The notes under the pieces are model-generated. The model was not told where the DNA came from, made no database searches, and was given only the letters and a program-made list of their open reading frames with translations. A DNA stretch of 64,000 bases from Magallana gigas (Eukaryota), in the NCBI RefSeq assembly GCF_963853765.1, contig NC_088859.1, positions 36,084,001 through 36,148,000 of the forward strand, in the 5' to 3' direction. The position numbers were made by a program, and so were the translations under genes. Position 1 is the first letter of the stretch, and every line of letters starts with the position of its first letter. This document shows positions 52,378 through 64,000 of this stretch, piece after piece.

Positions 52378-52725
52378 ATCGTGCGGCGCATGTCCGATTC
52401 CCTGTGACACCGACAAAGGGTCCTCGCATCGTCGCAAATCATGACCAATATCATTATGTGCAATCCTCTTCCATCGGAGAAAATTATTCGGACTCCGGGC
52501 CATGACTTGTGAAACGAGCTGTAACTGCGGTCTCCAAATCGTTATAGGTAATGGCATGATGACAAACTACGCTGTTTGATCGCTTTGTGGGTCTTTTGAA
52601 CCACACCACGAGTCCATGACCTTGCGTTGCATTGGATGCTGGAATTTTTATAAATAAAGTTTTAATTGAAATACACGTTGATTGTCCGGTGCATATTGAC
52701 TTACGTCACGATGAAATCGTCACAA

Positions 52726-54420
52726 TCATACCCCTGATTCACTCGATGCAACGGAAGAACCATGCGAGTTGGAGAAGAACTGTTGCCAGATATCCTTTTT
52801 TGTTGGAACTTTCTTGTGTTGCTTTCCAGCCTGCTCAGGTGGAGATGCGTTATCGTCATCATCATAGCACGGGTTCTTGAATGTGACGTCGGGTGTGGGT
52901 GTGTCCGCTTGGTGTGTAGCTAGTATTTTATGTAGATGGTTTGGAGGTTTCAACAATTGTTCCTTGTCATGCTCCACGGTCAGACTCGGTGTCGTCTTCG
53001 CCGCTGGAATCTCATTTTTGTCATAATCAAAGTAAGCGCCTGACATTTTTATTCCGTAATCGTCCTCCGCGGTTATCACAATGTCGGGAGTTTTTCGCTG
53101 ATGGGACAAAGATGCTCCATTGTCTGTTGGTGTTGGGAAAGGTCTTTCTATTTGTCTGTGCTGAGCATGCGCCTCATTAAAGGGTTCAGTGGCAGTTGAA
53201 CAAGAAGCACATTTCCGTGTGATTTCAGAGCTCGCGTTACTTATGGAATGCAGTCTCCTAAGAGAAAGATCTTCATGCAACTCACACGTACAGTCCCACG
53301 AAGTAGGACCTTGACAACGAATACCCTCTGCGATGTCAATGTAATTCTTCTCTAGGATATCTTGCATCATTTGGGCCACATTGATTTTGTTTCTTTGAAG
53401 CAGTTTTAGATTTTCAAACACATACTTCCATACCTTGCTTCCCTTAAATTCTGATTGTGGATCGATGTATTTTCTTAACGCCGTGGCCCCTATAATCCCC
53501 CGTGAAAACAGTTCATCGATGATTTCCTCCGGCTGGACTCTTCTACTGATTTGACATCGTACACACGTCACTTCTATCTTATCGTCCTCAAACAAATTAA
53601 CATCCTCCTCTTTGGCATTCCTCAAACATTGCTCCAGTTCTTCTACCAAATGGCCGTGCGATTCTTTTAAAACTTCAAGAAAAGCATTGAATTTTTGGGC
53701 GTCATAGGATCCAAGTTTTAGCAGAAATACTCGCAACTGATTCGTTCTGCTCTTGTGGCTCTTTATTTCGTCCAAAGTTTCACGGTTTATGACGTCATTT
53801 TGAATGAGTTTGTCAATTTCTGATTCCAGATGAAAATCTTGCAGCAGTTTTCTGTGGGCTTTTCTGAGGGCAATCTTGTGAGGGGCCACAGGGTAATCTA
53901 AAACAGAAACAATCAATTAATACAGAAAAATTTACATGTTATTTCAAATAATACACAAAAATGTTATTTCAAATAATACACAAAATTGTAATTCTAAATA
54001 ATACACGAACATGTGTAGACCGAAGGGCTTTATGATAGATTTGATCACGCCCCGACCGAAATTATCACCTCATAATATTTAAAGAATGATTCCTTATTAC
54101 TTATATTTATATAATTTTAAGCCATTTTAAGCCGTTATCACGGGCAAAGACACTGGAAAATGTAAATATTTGTCGATAAATTGCAATGTTGAGAATGCAA
54201 AAGGAGAACTGTTGCAATAACATACCGTGCGCTCTGTGTAGTTGTATCCCGATGGTCCGCTGCTCAAGGATATTATCAAGTTTGGCTTCTATTCTCTGAA
54301 GTCTGTCTTCAAGCGCAGAGATCATCTCGTGTCTGGTTGTACTGTAACTAGATAGACAAACCAACAAGGTTTTATGCAGTGTCCGCGTGTATTTCAAAAC
54401 ACACACCTTGATATTTTCAT
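52726..54420 (-). CDS. Tandem death-fold (CARD-like) protein with N-terminal coiled coil and disordered C-terminus
   Basis: Main exon 52726-53897, preceded by 54226-54347 (MISALEDRLQRIEAKLDNIL) and possibly 54407-54420; start codon uncertain. CARD-like: LRKAHRKLLQDFHLESEIDKLIQNDVIN...SRTNQLRVFLLKL...FNAFLEVLKESHGHLVEEL. Second helical repeat: VQPEEIIDELFSRGII...YIDIAEGI. Confidence 0.75.
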
Positions 54421-54877
54421 TTCAGACAATTTAAGTGTTGCAGTTTGATGTCTCGGCCATGTTGCACATGATGAACAAAACAATTTACAGTGGCTAAACT
54501 ACATTCAACTGAATAAATAAGTATACTATGTGCATATTTTTCGTTTATAAATTTTTGACGGTTTATTCTATTAAAGAATCTTTAAAATATCTACCTAACT
54601 TACTTTTCATCAGCGACTTCCGTTTTAATTTTTAGGACCTCAATGGATAATTTTTGTCAACCTATATTTGATCGCATCTACTTTGTATCTGTGGATTTAA
54701 AAATCAAATAGAGTTATCAGTTTTTCAGTGTAATCTTAACGTTCTGAATAATCTATAACAGATAATGAGATATGTGGCTTTATCAAATATGGTCATCTAA
54801 GGTCACATTACCCCCCTCTCCACTGTGCATAGAAAAGGTCTATGTATCATTTCAAGCTTGAATTTATTTCCAAATAT

Positions 54878-55925
54878 TTACATCTACCAAGTATTATTCC
54901 CTCTATTTCTTACGGAAACTTATAGTTCATAGCTCTATAGAAACAGCCAGACTGAAATCTACACGCCCCGTTTATCGATTGGTCAAAATCTACAGCGGCT
55001 GAAACTGACAATAAGCTGACAGGACAGATATCGACCCGCCTTATTTATTGACTGGCTCAAACCTACAGCGACCTAGGAAAAATCACGGACTGCACGAAAT
55101 AATCATGACAATGTCAGACTCATAGTCTCCCAGGTTACGATTTGGCTGTTTATTTTAGCTAACGTACTTACATACATTAACAGTAATTTATTAAAGTTTA
55201 CTTACTTTTCTTAATCAATTTATCAATTAGCTGAAAGAAAGATGTTAATATAAAAAACAAAATGCTCTCTTTGGTGATTCATTCGGGTTATGAAGGTAGC
55301 GATCCTTGCGGGAAAAAAATTATATAACCCGCGGGTTATGTATTTTTTCTGCAATGTCGCTACCTTCATATGAATATATATATATATTCATATAAGAAAG
55401 CATTTTATTGTTTAAATAATTACATCTACCAGTATTGTTCCCTCTATTTCTTACGGAAACTTATAGTTAACTCATAGCTCTATAGAAACAGACAGACTGA
55501 AATCTACACTTCCCGTTTATTGATTGGTCGAAAGCTACAGCGGCTGAAACTGACAAGACACGCCCTGTTTATCGATTGGTTGAAACTTACAGCGACCTAA
55601 GAAAAATCACGGACTGCACGATGTCAGACTCCAGTTCTCACAGGAGACGATTGGACCATTTCTTTTAGCTAACGTGCTTATCTACGTTAACAGTAATTTA
55701 GTGAATTTTACTTTCTTTTCATAATCAATTTATTAATTAGTTAAAAGAAGTTAATACATGTATAAACAATAAAATGCTTTCTTTAATGATTCATGCGGGT
55801 TATGAAGGTGGCGATCATTGCAGAAAAAAAATTACATAACCCGCTAACGCGGGCCATGTATTTTTTCTGCATTGTCGCTACATTCATATCCCAATGAATC
55901 ATCAAAGAAAGCATTTTATTGTTTA
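54878..55925. repeat. Tandem duplication of a ~530-bp unit, each copy ending in a ~165-bp palindromic MITE
   Basis: ttacatctacca...ccctctatttcttacggaaacttatag starts at 54878 and 55420. Each unit ends with aacaataaaatgct...agcattttattgttt inverted arms. Confidence 0.85.
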
Positions 55926-56088
55926 ATTGAAATTTGAATAAATGACAACTCATATGCAGACCAGACAAAAAGATTCCCCTTTTATATTTAGATGCTATTA
56001 GATTATACCAATAATAAATGTAAAAATAAATACTACCATCACCCCCTCCTACCCAAAAATGTATTTTACCATGTGTGTAACTAGCTGT

Positions 56089-57393
56089 AACAAGATATCT
56101 GTGAGCCAGTGCTCACTAGTGATACCCCCGCTCTGACGTGAATATGCAAAATAAGCAAAGTCGACGTTTAACAGAAAGCTGGCATCCGATCGGTACAGAA
56201 ATATATCCCACAATATGGCATGCCTAAACAAATACTGTGTAAAGAATCCCAAGCATCTGCGATAAATAGCTGCTGAGAAATCTTTGACAAAAATTTGTTT
56301 GAAAATTTTGGCTAAAAATAAACAAAGTACTCATTAAACAGGAAGTTGACGTCTGATTGGTACAAAAATGCATCCCGCGATATAGCATGCCTATACAAAT
56401 ACTGTGTAAAAATTTCAGGCATCTGCGATTAACAGTTGCTGAGAATTCTTTGACAAAATTTGTTTGAAAATTTTGGCTAAAATAAACAAAGTACTCATTT
56501 AACAGGAAGTTGACATCCGATTGGTACAAATATATATCCCACGATATGGCATGCCTTAACAAACACTGTGTAAAAATTTCAAACATCTGCGATAAATAGC
56601 TGCTGAGAAATCTTTGACGAAAATTTGTTTGAAAATTTTGGCTAAAAATAAACAGTCATTATTTAACAGGAAGTTGACGTCCGATCGGTACAAAAATATA
56701 TCCCACAATATGGCATGCCAAAACAAAAAGTGTGTTAAAATTTCAAGCATCTGCAATAAATAGTTGCCGAGAAATCTTTGACGAAAATTTGTTTGAAAAT
56801 GTTGGCTAAAAATTAAAAAAGTCGTCATTTAACAGGAAGTTGACGTATGATTGGTCCAAAAAATCCCACGATATGGCATGCCTATACAAATACTGTGTAA
56901 AAATTTCAAGCATCTGCGATTAACAGTTGCTGAGAATTCTTTGACAAAATTTGTTTGAAAATTTTGGCTAAAAATAAACAAAGTCGTCATTTAACAGGAA
57001 GTTGAAGTTCGATTGGTACAAAAATATATCCCACGAAATGGCATGCCTATACAAATATTGTCCATAAAGTTCAAGCATCTGCGATTAATAGTTGCTGAGA
57101 AATCTTTGACGAAAATTTGTTTGAAAATTTTGGCTAAAAAATAAGCAAAGTCGTCATTTAACAGGAAGTTGACGTCCGATTGGTCCAAAAAATCCCACGA
57201 TATGGCATGCCTATACAAATACTGTGTAAAAATTTCAAGCATCTGGGATAAATAGTTGCCGTGATAAATGCGACAGAAATTTTTGTTACGGACGGACAGA
57301 CAGACAGACAGACAGAAGGACAGACGGACAGAATGACAGACACACAAGAGTAAAACAGTATACCCCCTCACCTTCGGAGCGGGGGTATAAAAA
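56089..57393 (+). mobile_element. Second HINE-type element with ~7 monomers of a different ~165-bp satellite
   Basis: 5' aacaagatatctgtgagcc...atacccccgc. acaggaagttga recurs near 56338, 56502, 56667, 56832, 56994 and 57160. Then (GACA)n and the 3' hairpin taccccc...gggggtataaaaa. Confidence 0.85.
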
Positions 57394-57688
57394 TATTTTT
57401 CAAAATTACAGAATATTACATAAAATAAAAACAACAACATCCATTATACAGTAAACAAAATATTTTTTATGTGTCATTTCATTTCAAATTGTACAAATTG
57501 TAATATACGATCAATGAAAATGCATTAACTTTATTTCACCCTTTTTTCACTAATTCCCATTCATGGTCACTGGCATCATCTACATGTAACAAAGCACTTC
57601 TTTATGATAAACAATCACAGTCACACATTGTTTGTACTCTGTTCTACAGTGTTCCATTTCATATTGGCCAATATTAAACCACAACATT

Positions 57689-60600
57689 TCAGTTTCTTTG
57701 GTAAGGATGAGTACTGGATCCCTGTTTGATATTTGTTTTAATAGAACTCTGTACTTTTCCATGGGCATTTCCTTTAAAATTAAAACAATAAGCCATAAAA
57801 TAAACTATAAATCTGTACAAAGTATGTAATATATGTATATCAATAACAAATAATTGTAAACAATAAGTAACAAATACTAGTGAACAGTGAGTACAAGCAC
57901 CTTGTTGTTTTTGTTGCGCTGCCTGTTGCTGAGCCTGCATGTTGCTCTGCTGTTGTGCCATGTCTGTCCTTCTCATGCCGCTGGATTTGAAACCTTTCCC
58001 TGTTAAAACCGCAGACAACAGTGTGTTGGTGTCAGCCTGAGAAGATGTCTGAGAGAGGGATGATTTCTGATCTGAAAAATTAGGATAAACAATCAGTTGA
58101 AAGTGCATCTTTACATGTTGCAAAACCACTGTCAGAGAGTAACTAACATTCACAAAATAAAAGAAGAGGAAAAATTAGTACCATTAAGATCTGAATTTTA
58201 TCACTCATACAAAAGAAACTTTAAACCAATGTTACATGTATGTATATAAACTAAACTAGACTAACTGGCTTCTTTTTCCATGGTTTCTTGGTGAGATTTG
58301 ATGATATCCACAATGTTACTGGTCATTTTATTCATAGCATTTATCTGCTTCTGAAAAACAAAATGTTACTTTTCTGTCATATAAAGTCTACTGAAAGTTG
58401 AAAGCTGAGAAAAATATGACAAAAACGATCATGTAGAATGCTGAAACACATAATTCTATCAATACCTGAGCTGCCTCTGGGGTCAGTGAGGAGGCCCTGT
58501 TTAGAACAGGCTGAAGTCGCTCCTCTACCTCTGGTTCTGGCTTTGTTCTGAGATAATGGGGTACCACATCAGCATTGAAGGCGATAACTCTCCTCTCTGT
58601 TACTTTCTATCATAAATTTGACAAAATTCTCATAAAATTGATTGTTTTGCTTACAATCAAATCAGTGATATGGGATTTTCATTGATGAAGTATATACTGT
58701 TATCGTATTATAATTAACAAATCCTGAATACAGGGATCAACCACCGAACAAAACAATTTAGTGAAAAGCACATTGCTACCATTACATGTACTACTGGTAG
58801 GTACAGTATGTACCTCTTTCAAGGAGAGATAACTGTTAGATAAATTTACAAACTTTCGATTTCTGTCAAATTTTGCTCCACAAGATATGTTGAAATTGTG
58901 TGCATTTCTGTGCATCAAAATTAAATAAAAACGTTTTACCTCCAATTCTGGATCTCTGTCCCCCGATAGAGCAATTGGCAGTAATATAGAATTGCGTAAT
59001 GGTGGTACTTTTTCATTTCTGAGAAGTTTTCCTAGAGTGTTCAGCTGTCCAGATAACAGGGCAAAATTGTCCAGCATTGATGGCCTAAAATTCATAAAAG
59101 TAAGATAATGACTCAATTCAAAATGGGAAAAATAGTGTACATCATCATGTATGCCTATACATATACATGTATTTCTTTTTCCATCAAATATTGTGCCTGT
59201 AAAAGATAAAGACGACTGAATATCAATACCAAGATCGAAACACAGTTTCTTGAAACCCATTTTTCCCTTAATAATTAAGTTTGAAGATTTTCTCACATAA
59301 AAGAATAAAATATAAAACTGCACTGAAAACTTTTTTTCACTTTCAACACAGTGAAGCACCTCATTTTCCAACTGAAAAGGTTTATAATTGGTAAATTTAG
59401 GGATGTCATTGAGTACTTGGGTACTTATTTTTGCTTGGTCCTAATAAGGTGGTATGGGACATCTGTCGATATAAAATTAAGATACTTTCTCCAGTTTAGA
59501 ATTTTCAAATTTTGCAAAATTTAACCAAAAAATATGTTAAAAAATTTTTGGAAAGGTAAAAATTTTAAAATCCCCAGCATATTCGAACCCATGACCTAAA
59601 GATTTGTAGTGAACACTCTAACCCACTGTATCACACTGTTACATAGGCGTCGGAACCGGGGGGGCTAGGGGGGGCTTCGCCCCCCCCCCCACATTTTTTG
59701 CAAAGTTAGACCTAACCATTTGGCACATAGCATCAGAGAGGGTTCAGCCCCCCCACTTTTTTGTCGCAGGAAACATAATTGTTCCTAAAATTAACTTGAA
59801 AGGATTGAAATATATTACCCCAGGGGTCATGAACTTTATAGTTTACATAAAGAACTTCATGGACATCATAACAATGCATTCAGTTTTCTAGGATTAAATA
59901 CATTTACACTAAAAGGTCATAATGACCCAACCCATGGGCCTGAACCCCTAACATATGGACCATGAATTTCATAATTTTGATTGAGAGCTTTATGGTTATC
60001 ATAACCATGCATTCAGTTTATCTCCCCATGCAGTGATTTATTACATTTACACTATATGGTCAAAATGACCCAACCCAAGGACTAAGGGCCATGAATTTCA
60101 CAATTTTGATTGAGGGCTTCATGAACATCATATTAGCATGCATTCAGTTTATCTACCCACGGAGTGTAAATAGAGAAGCGGATTTTCTCTAAGATTGAAT
60201 ACTTTTTTATTATAAGGCCATATTTGCTCTGATTAAGAGCCTGAACTCCTGACCCAGGGACAATAAATTTCATAACTTGGTAAAGGGCTTCATGAACGTA
60301 ATGCAACCAGTTTACCACCTACAACTGTGGAAGTAAAGAACCAGATTTTTTAGGGAAAAAGATTTTCTAAGATTTAACACATGTTAACTATAGGGCCATA
60401 TTGGTCCTGTCCTATGGCCTGCACCCCAACCCAGGGGCCAGAAATTCACAATTTTGGTAGATGGTTTCATGGACATCATAACAAAGCATTTAGCTTTCTC
60501 CTACATGGGTGAGATTAGAGATTGAAGATGAATCCGAAAACTTTCTTCTATTTTGAATTTTTTGCTCTGTCTATGAGGTCCTGGGGTGGATTGGTAATCA

Positions 60601-61792
60601 ATTTCTCAATTCAGATCCCTCTTATCCTAGAGATGTTTGAAACAAAAAATGGTAACAATATTGGCCAGGTAATACTCAAAAAAATGTTAAAAAACATAAA
60701 ATTGTTCATGGACATTCCACAACAACACATGAGGACCAATAGCAATATGTCATCTGAGTGATTAAGGTGGCCTAAATAGAACATAAATTTTAACTTTGAA
60801 AACTGAAAACGTTCTTTTATCTCTTTGCGGAGTTCTTCTAAATTAAGGGTTATTTTTCAAGTTAGAAATTTGGTAAACAGACAAGTAACACCATGAAATA
60901 AAAAATAGACTATACTCTGTCCCGAGTTTTTGCTTCCACCACTTTTCGCTTGATATTTCGATAATAATAAATACCTTTGTGCTCAAACTATGTTCATCCA
61001 TTAATATGAAAAATGTCCAGATTATCTGTTTTGAAACGCCCCCTCTATCTCTTCAGGTTCAATACACATCCCAAAATAGAAAAACTACGGGGATTTTGCA
61101 TTGCATCAGCCATTAATAAGCCCGGATGATAACGTTGAAAAATTGCACGAGGTGTCCGGAGTACTGGTACTTCTGAATGGAGAAAAGATGTAAACATTTC
61201 CCAATATAAATCTCCGTAAGAAATTTGTTTTTGTTCCTGTGAAATTTTGTGAGTGAAAAGGGATAATTTGTCAATGAAGAAATCGTGGATATTTTACATT
61301 GCATTTATTTCAACTGTACTTCTTCTAAAAATCATTAAAAAGTGATGGAAGCAATAACTTGGGACAGACTTAAGAAGTAATTACAAGTACATACTATTAA
61401 ATGTCATAATTTACAATGGACAAATAGGCTTATACATTTTGTTGAACAGAAAAATGTTATGCCTTTTTTGTTTTCCCACGGAACAACTAAACAATAAGGA
61501 CTTATAAATCTATTGAAACAACACACCTTTGATCATCATTGTTTATATCAATTTATAATGAACACGAGAGGACTTTACCATTGTAGAATATTGTATTCAT
61601 TTTCCAGCTTTACCAAAAGATTGGCAATGGAATTCTTTATATCCTGAACTCTCTGAATGAGAGATTCGAGAGTATGTTCAAGCTGTTTTTCTTCTTTCTG
61701 AAATTAAAAAATACAAAATCAAAAGGAACAAAAAACTCTACATTGATTGTCAAAAATGTCAAAAGAAACAAGAACATTTATTTTACCTGCAT
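57689..61792 (-). CDS. MED8: Mediator of RNA polymerase II transcription subunit 8
   Basis: Exons 61787-61792, 61579-61697, 58940-59084, 58466-58606, 58266-58350, 57901-58071, 57689-57771. [59 protein letters not shown]...[16 protein letters not shown]...[14 protein letters not shown]...[17 protein letters not shown] matches MED8 hallmark motifs. Confidence 0.96.
59447..60775. mobile_element. Nested repeat cluster in MED8 intron 2: truncated Kolobok-like MITE, G/C-run element and degenerate HINE-type tandem array
   Basis: aggtggtatgggac start; ggcgtcggaaccgggggg at ~59646; diverged 130-185 bp monomers (gcattcagttt, catgaatttc); HINE-like 3' end ctgagtgattaaggtggcctaaa. Confidence 0.65.
60915..61370. 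mobile_element. Tc1/mariner-like MITE, copy 2
   Basis: TA|ctctgtcccgagtttttgcttccaccactttt ... aaaagtgatggaagcaataacttgggacagact|TA; homologous to 30969-31501. Confidence 0.8.
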
Positions 61793-62382
61793 GATTAAAA
61801 CACCGGAAGCGGCAACTTCTGTTTATGTTTCAAACGCATGCGCAGTTTTGCTCCAATCAGATTCCGCCATTTTTTCTTCCCATAAAGAAGGAAACAAATC
61901 TATTCTTTGTAATATTTTGGATAATAAGGCAAATATTTTCACAACAATCTTCTCTTTCAGTGAAGTTTTTGTCTTCTACAAGAAAGAGTTTCTTCTTTCC
62001 TTGGGTTCGCGCACCTGCATTTGGACTGGATTGTACTTCGTTCTCATTGGTGGGTAGGTCATTGGTTCATGTGTTGATTGGGTATGTAAATTCTGACCAA
62101 ATTATTGGTCCAATTGCCACAATCAATCGTATCGTAGATGGCCAGCCAGTAGTTTAGTGTGTTACACTTTACAAACATTAAAATGTCACGAAATGATATT
62201 TCATTTAACTTCTTTGTAAACAGAACCGGTATATATAAAAATGTCATTTCTTTTCAACACTACATTATTATGATTATCGTCGCGTTGTCGACGTACATAA
62301 TATGCAGTACGCGCTTATTAATCTAGTAAATTGGTATGTTTGGTTACAAATTTATCAATTTCTTCCTTGAAGGCTCTGAAGA
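61793..62382. promoter_or_regulatory. Bidirectional promoter region between MED8 and NFYC
   Basis: Divergent ATGs 590 bp apart. ETS ccggaag (61803), NRF1-like gcatgcgc (~61836), CCAAT (61853), YY1-like ccgccattt (~61864), ATTGG at 62046, 62061, 62077, 62104, and CCAAT at 62110. Confidence 0.75.
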
Positions 62383-63639
62383 ATGTCTGATCCCAACTAT
62401 ACACCCGGTGGGTCTTCTCCCACTGGAGGGGTTACCATTAGTGGGGAGGCTAACATGATGCTCCAACAGTTCTGGCCAAAGACCATCAGCAACATTAGAT
62501 CTCTGAAACAGGTTAATTTGTTTTTTGGGATAGATTTTATTATAATTAATGATTTAATTACATGAATTTTAAATATAAATAAATAAAACCAACAATTAAA
62601 TTGATTATGATACTAGAGGTGTATTAAATTAACATAATTAAGAGTGTGGTTCAGAAATGCATAATTTTTATGAAATACATTTTTCAGGATGACTTTAAGC
62701 AACAAGAACTACCGTTGGCAAGAATTAAAAAGATAATGAAACTTGATGAAGATGTGAAGGTTTGTACACATCTTTTATATGTCAATGTTTTTGAAAGCTT
62801 TCTTTTGAATTCAGTAACCAAGCTTTTATTTATGATAATACATACTTTTATTTATGATAATACATATACATGTGCATATGCTCATATAACCATTTTATAA
62901 ATAAAAATTCACAGATTTTCTATATTCAGTAACCTATCATTTTATTCATATTGTTTATCTTTGAAAATGGATTTCAGGATTTGTAACGTTTTAACAGCTC
63001 TAAATGGATTTTTAATTGATACTGTACAATGTGATTGTGATTTCAGATGATCAGTGCAGAAGCTCCTGTATTGTTTGCTAAGGCTGCAGAGATTTTCATT
63101 AGTGAGCTCTCACTTCGTGCCTGGATCCACACAGAAGATAACAAGAGAAGAACACTACAGGTGAATACTTAATTCATTATTATGATATTATACTGTTTAA
63201 GGAAAATCATCACAAATATTTAAATTCTTAAAACTTTTCAGAGTATGAATCAAACTTGTATTGCTAAGTCTAAGGTAAAGCAAAATGGCAAGTACCAGTA
63301 CATCATTTTTAATGGAGTGTATGTGTATTTTTTGGCAGAGAAATGATATTGCCATGGCAATTACAAAGTTTGACCAGTTTGATTTCCTCATTGACATAGT
63401 TCCTAGAGATGAACTCAAGCCTGCAAAAAGACAAGTAAATATAAATCCATATTGGATTAGTCAGATTTATTTTTAATTTTTCAGTATTTTTAGTTATGCT
63501 ACACTAGCGTGATTGCATTTTTAAATTCTTTTTGTTTTGTTTACAAAAACAGGAAGATTCTACAAGAAATACCTCAATGCTGCCAGATCAAATACAGTAT
63601 TACCTACAACTTGCCAATCAACAAGCTCAGCAACAGCAA

Positions 63640-63671
<32 letters not shown>

Positions 63672-63790
63672 ACAACAACAACAGACACAAGTGCAGCAGA
63701 CACCCCCACAGCAAATTGTGCAACAGGCACAACCTGTCCAGACTCAAATAACACAACAGCAACCTCAGACAACACAGATACAGCTTCCTG
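62383..63790 (+). CDS. NFYC: Nuclear transcription factor Y subunit gamma (partial; continues beyond the window)
   Basis: Exons 62383-62511, 62688-62759, 63047-63160, 63339-63434, 63553-63790. Histone fold [82 protein letters not shown], followed by a poly-Q region. Confidence 0.98.
63626..63685 (+). repeat. CAG/CAA poly-glutamine tract in NFYC
   Basis: Mixed cag/caa codons encoding a long Q run. Confidence 0.9.
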
Positions 63791-64000
63791 GTACTTATCT
63801 TAATATTCTTTTATTCTCATTTCTTTTCCTAGACTGATATAGACTCTATCCAGGTAAAATAGAGTAAATCACAAAATAAAGTTGTGGTGAATAAAAGTTG
63901 GTATGCTGTATTGTTTATGAAAGAAGCACTCTAAAGTTTGAAAAGTTGAGCATGTGCTTACACATATTAATAGGACTTAAATGTTTCAATGCCTGTTTTC

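Noticed and set aside
52165-52557. ORFs spanning the N gap
   Set aside because: They are artefacts of X-translated Ns with no recognisable coding signal.
54407-54610. ATG AAA A|gtaagt at 54604-54610 as first exon of the CARD gene via 54407-54493
   Set aside because: That join meets an in-frame stop, so the N-terminus is left unresolved.
56049-57440. Several repetitive ORFs resembling a repeat protein
   Set aside because: They are translations of satellite monomers inside a HINE; frames break between monomers.
58700-59371. 223-aa ORF as an independent gene
   Set aside because: Only 58940-59084 is coding (MED8 exon 3); the rest is intron read-through.

Overview
AT-rich, intron-rich animal genomic DNA, most likely an oyster (Crassostrea/Magallana type, inferred from a 166-bp Cg170-like satellite inside a Helentron-type element), with two N gaps. 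Gene models were built by hand from GT/GC-AG sites and reading-phase continuity. From left to right: (1) last two exons of an unidentified + strand gene. (2) Four co-oriented, highly diverged small type-I membrane protein genes (2.7-19.5 kb, - strand) sharing one exon plan: signal peptide / 6-Cys WAP- or STMC6-like domain / charged stalk + TM / tail with PPxY, YxxL or NPxY motifs. (3) A ~31-exon, ~1,430-aa receptor-like gene with three ependymin/LolA-like domains, five PAN/apple domains, TM and NPNY tail. (4) A 21-exon, ~1,626-aa non-canonical Notch-ligand-like gene: C2/MNNL, DSL, EGFs, mucin tracts, six SEA-like modules, TM. (5) A tandem death-fold (CARD-like) gene with a PxIxIT motif. (6) MED8 and NFYC head-to-head. 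Introns and intergenic DNA hold many non-autonomous transposons (HINE-type with satellites, MITEs). No transposase ORF, rRNA, intact tRNA or CRISPR array is supported. The best candidates for undescribed biology are the four-gene membrane-protein cluster and the two large neighbouring surface proteins. All family assignments come from motif recognition, not database searches.
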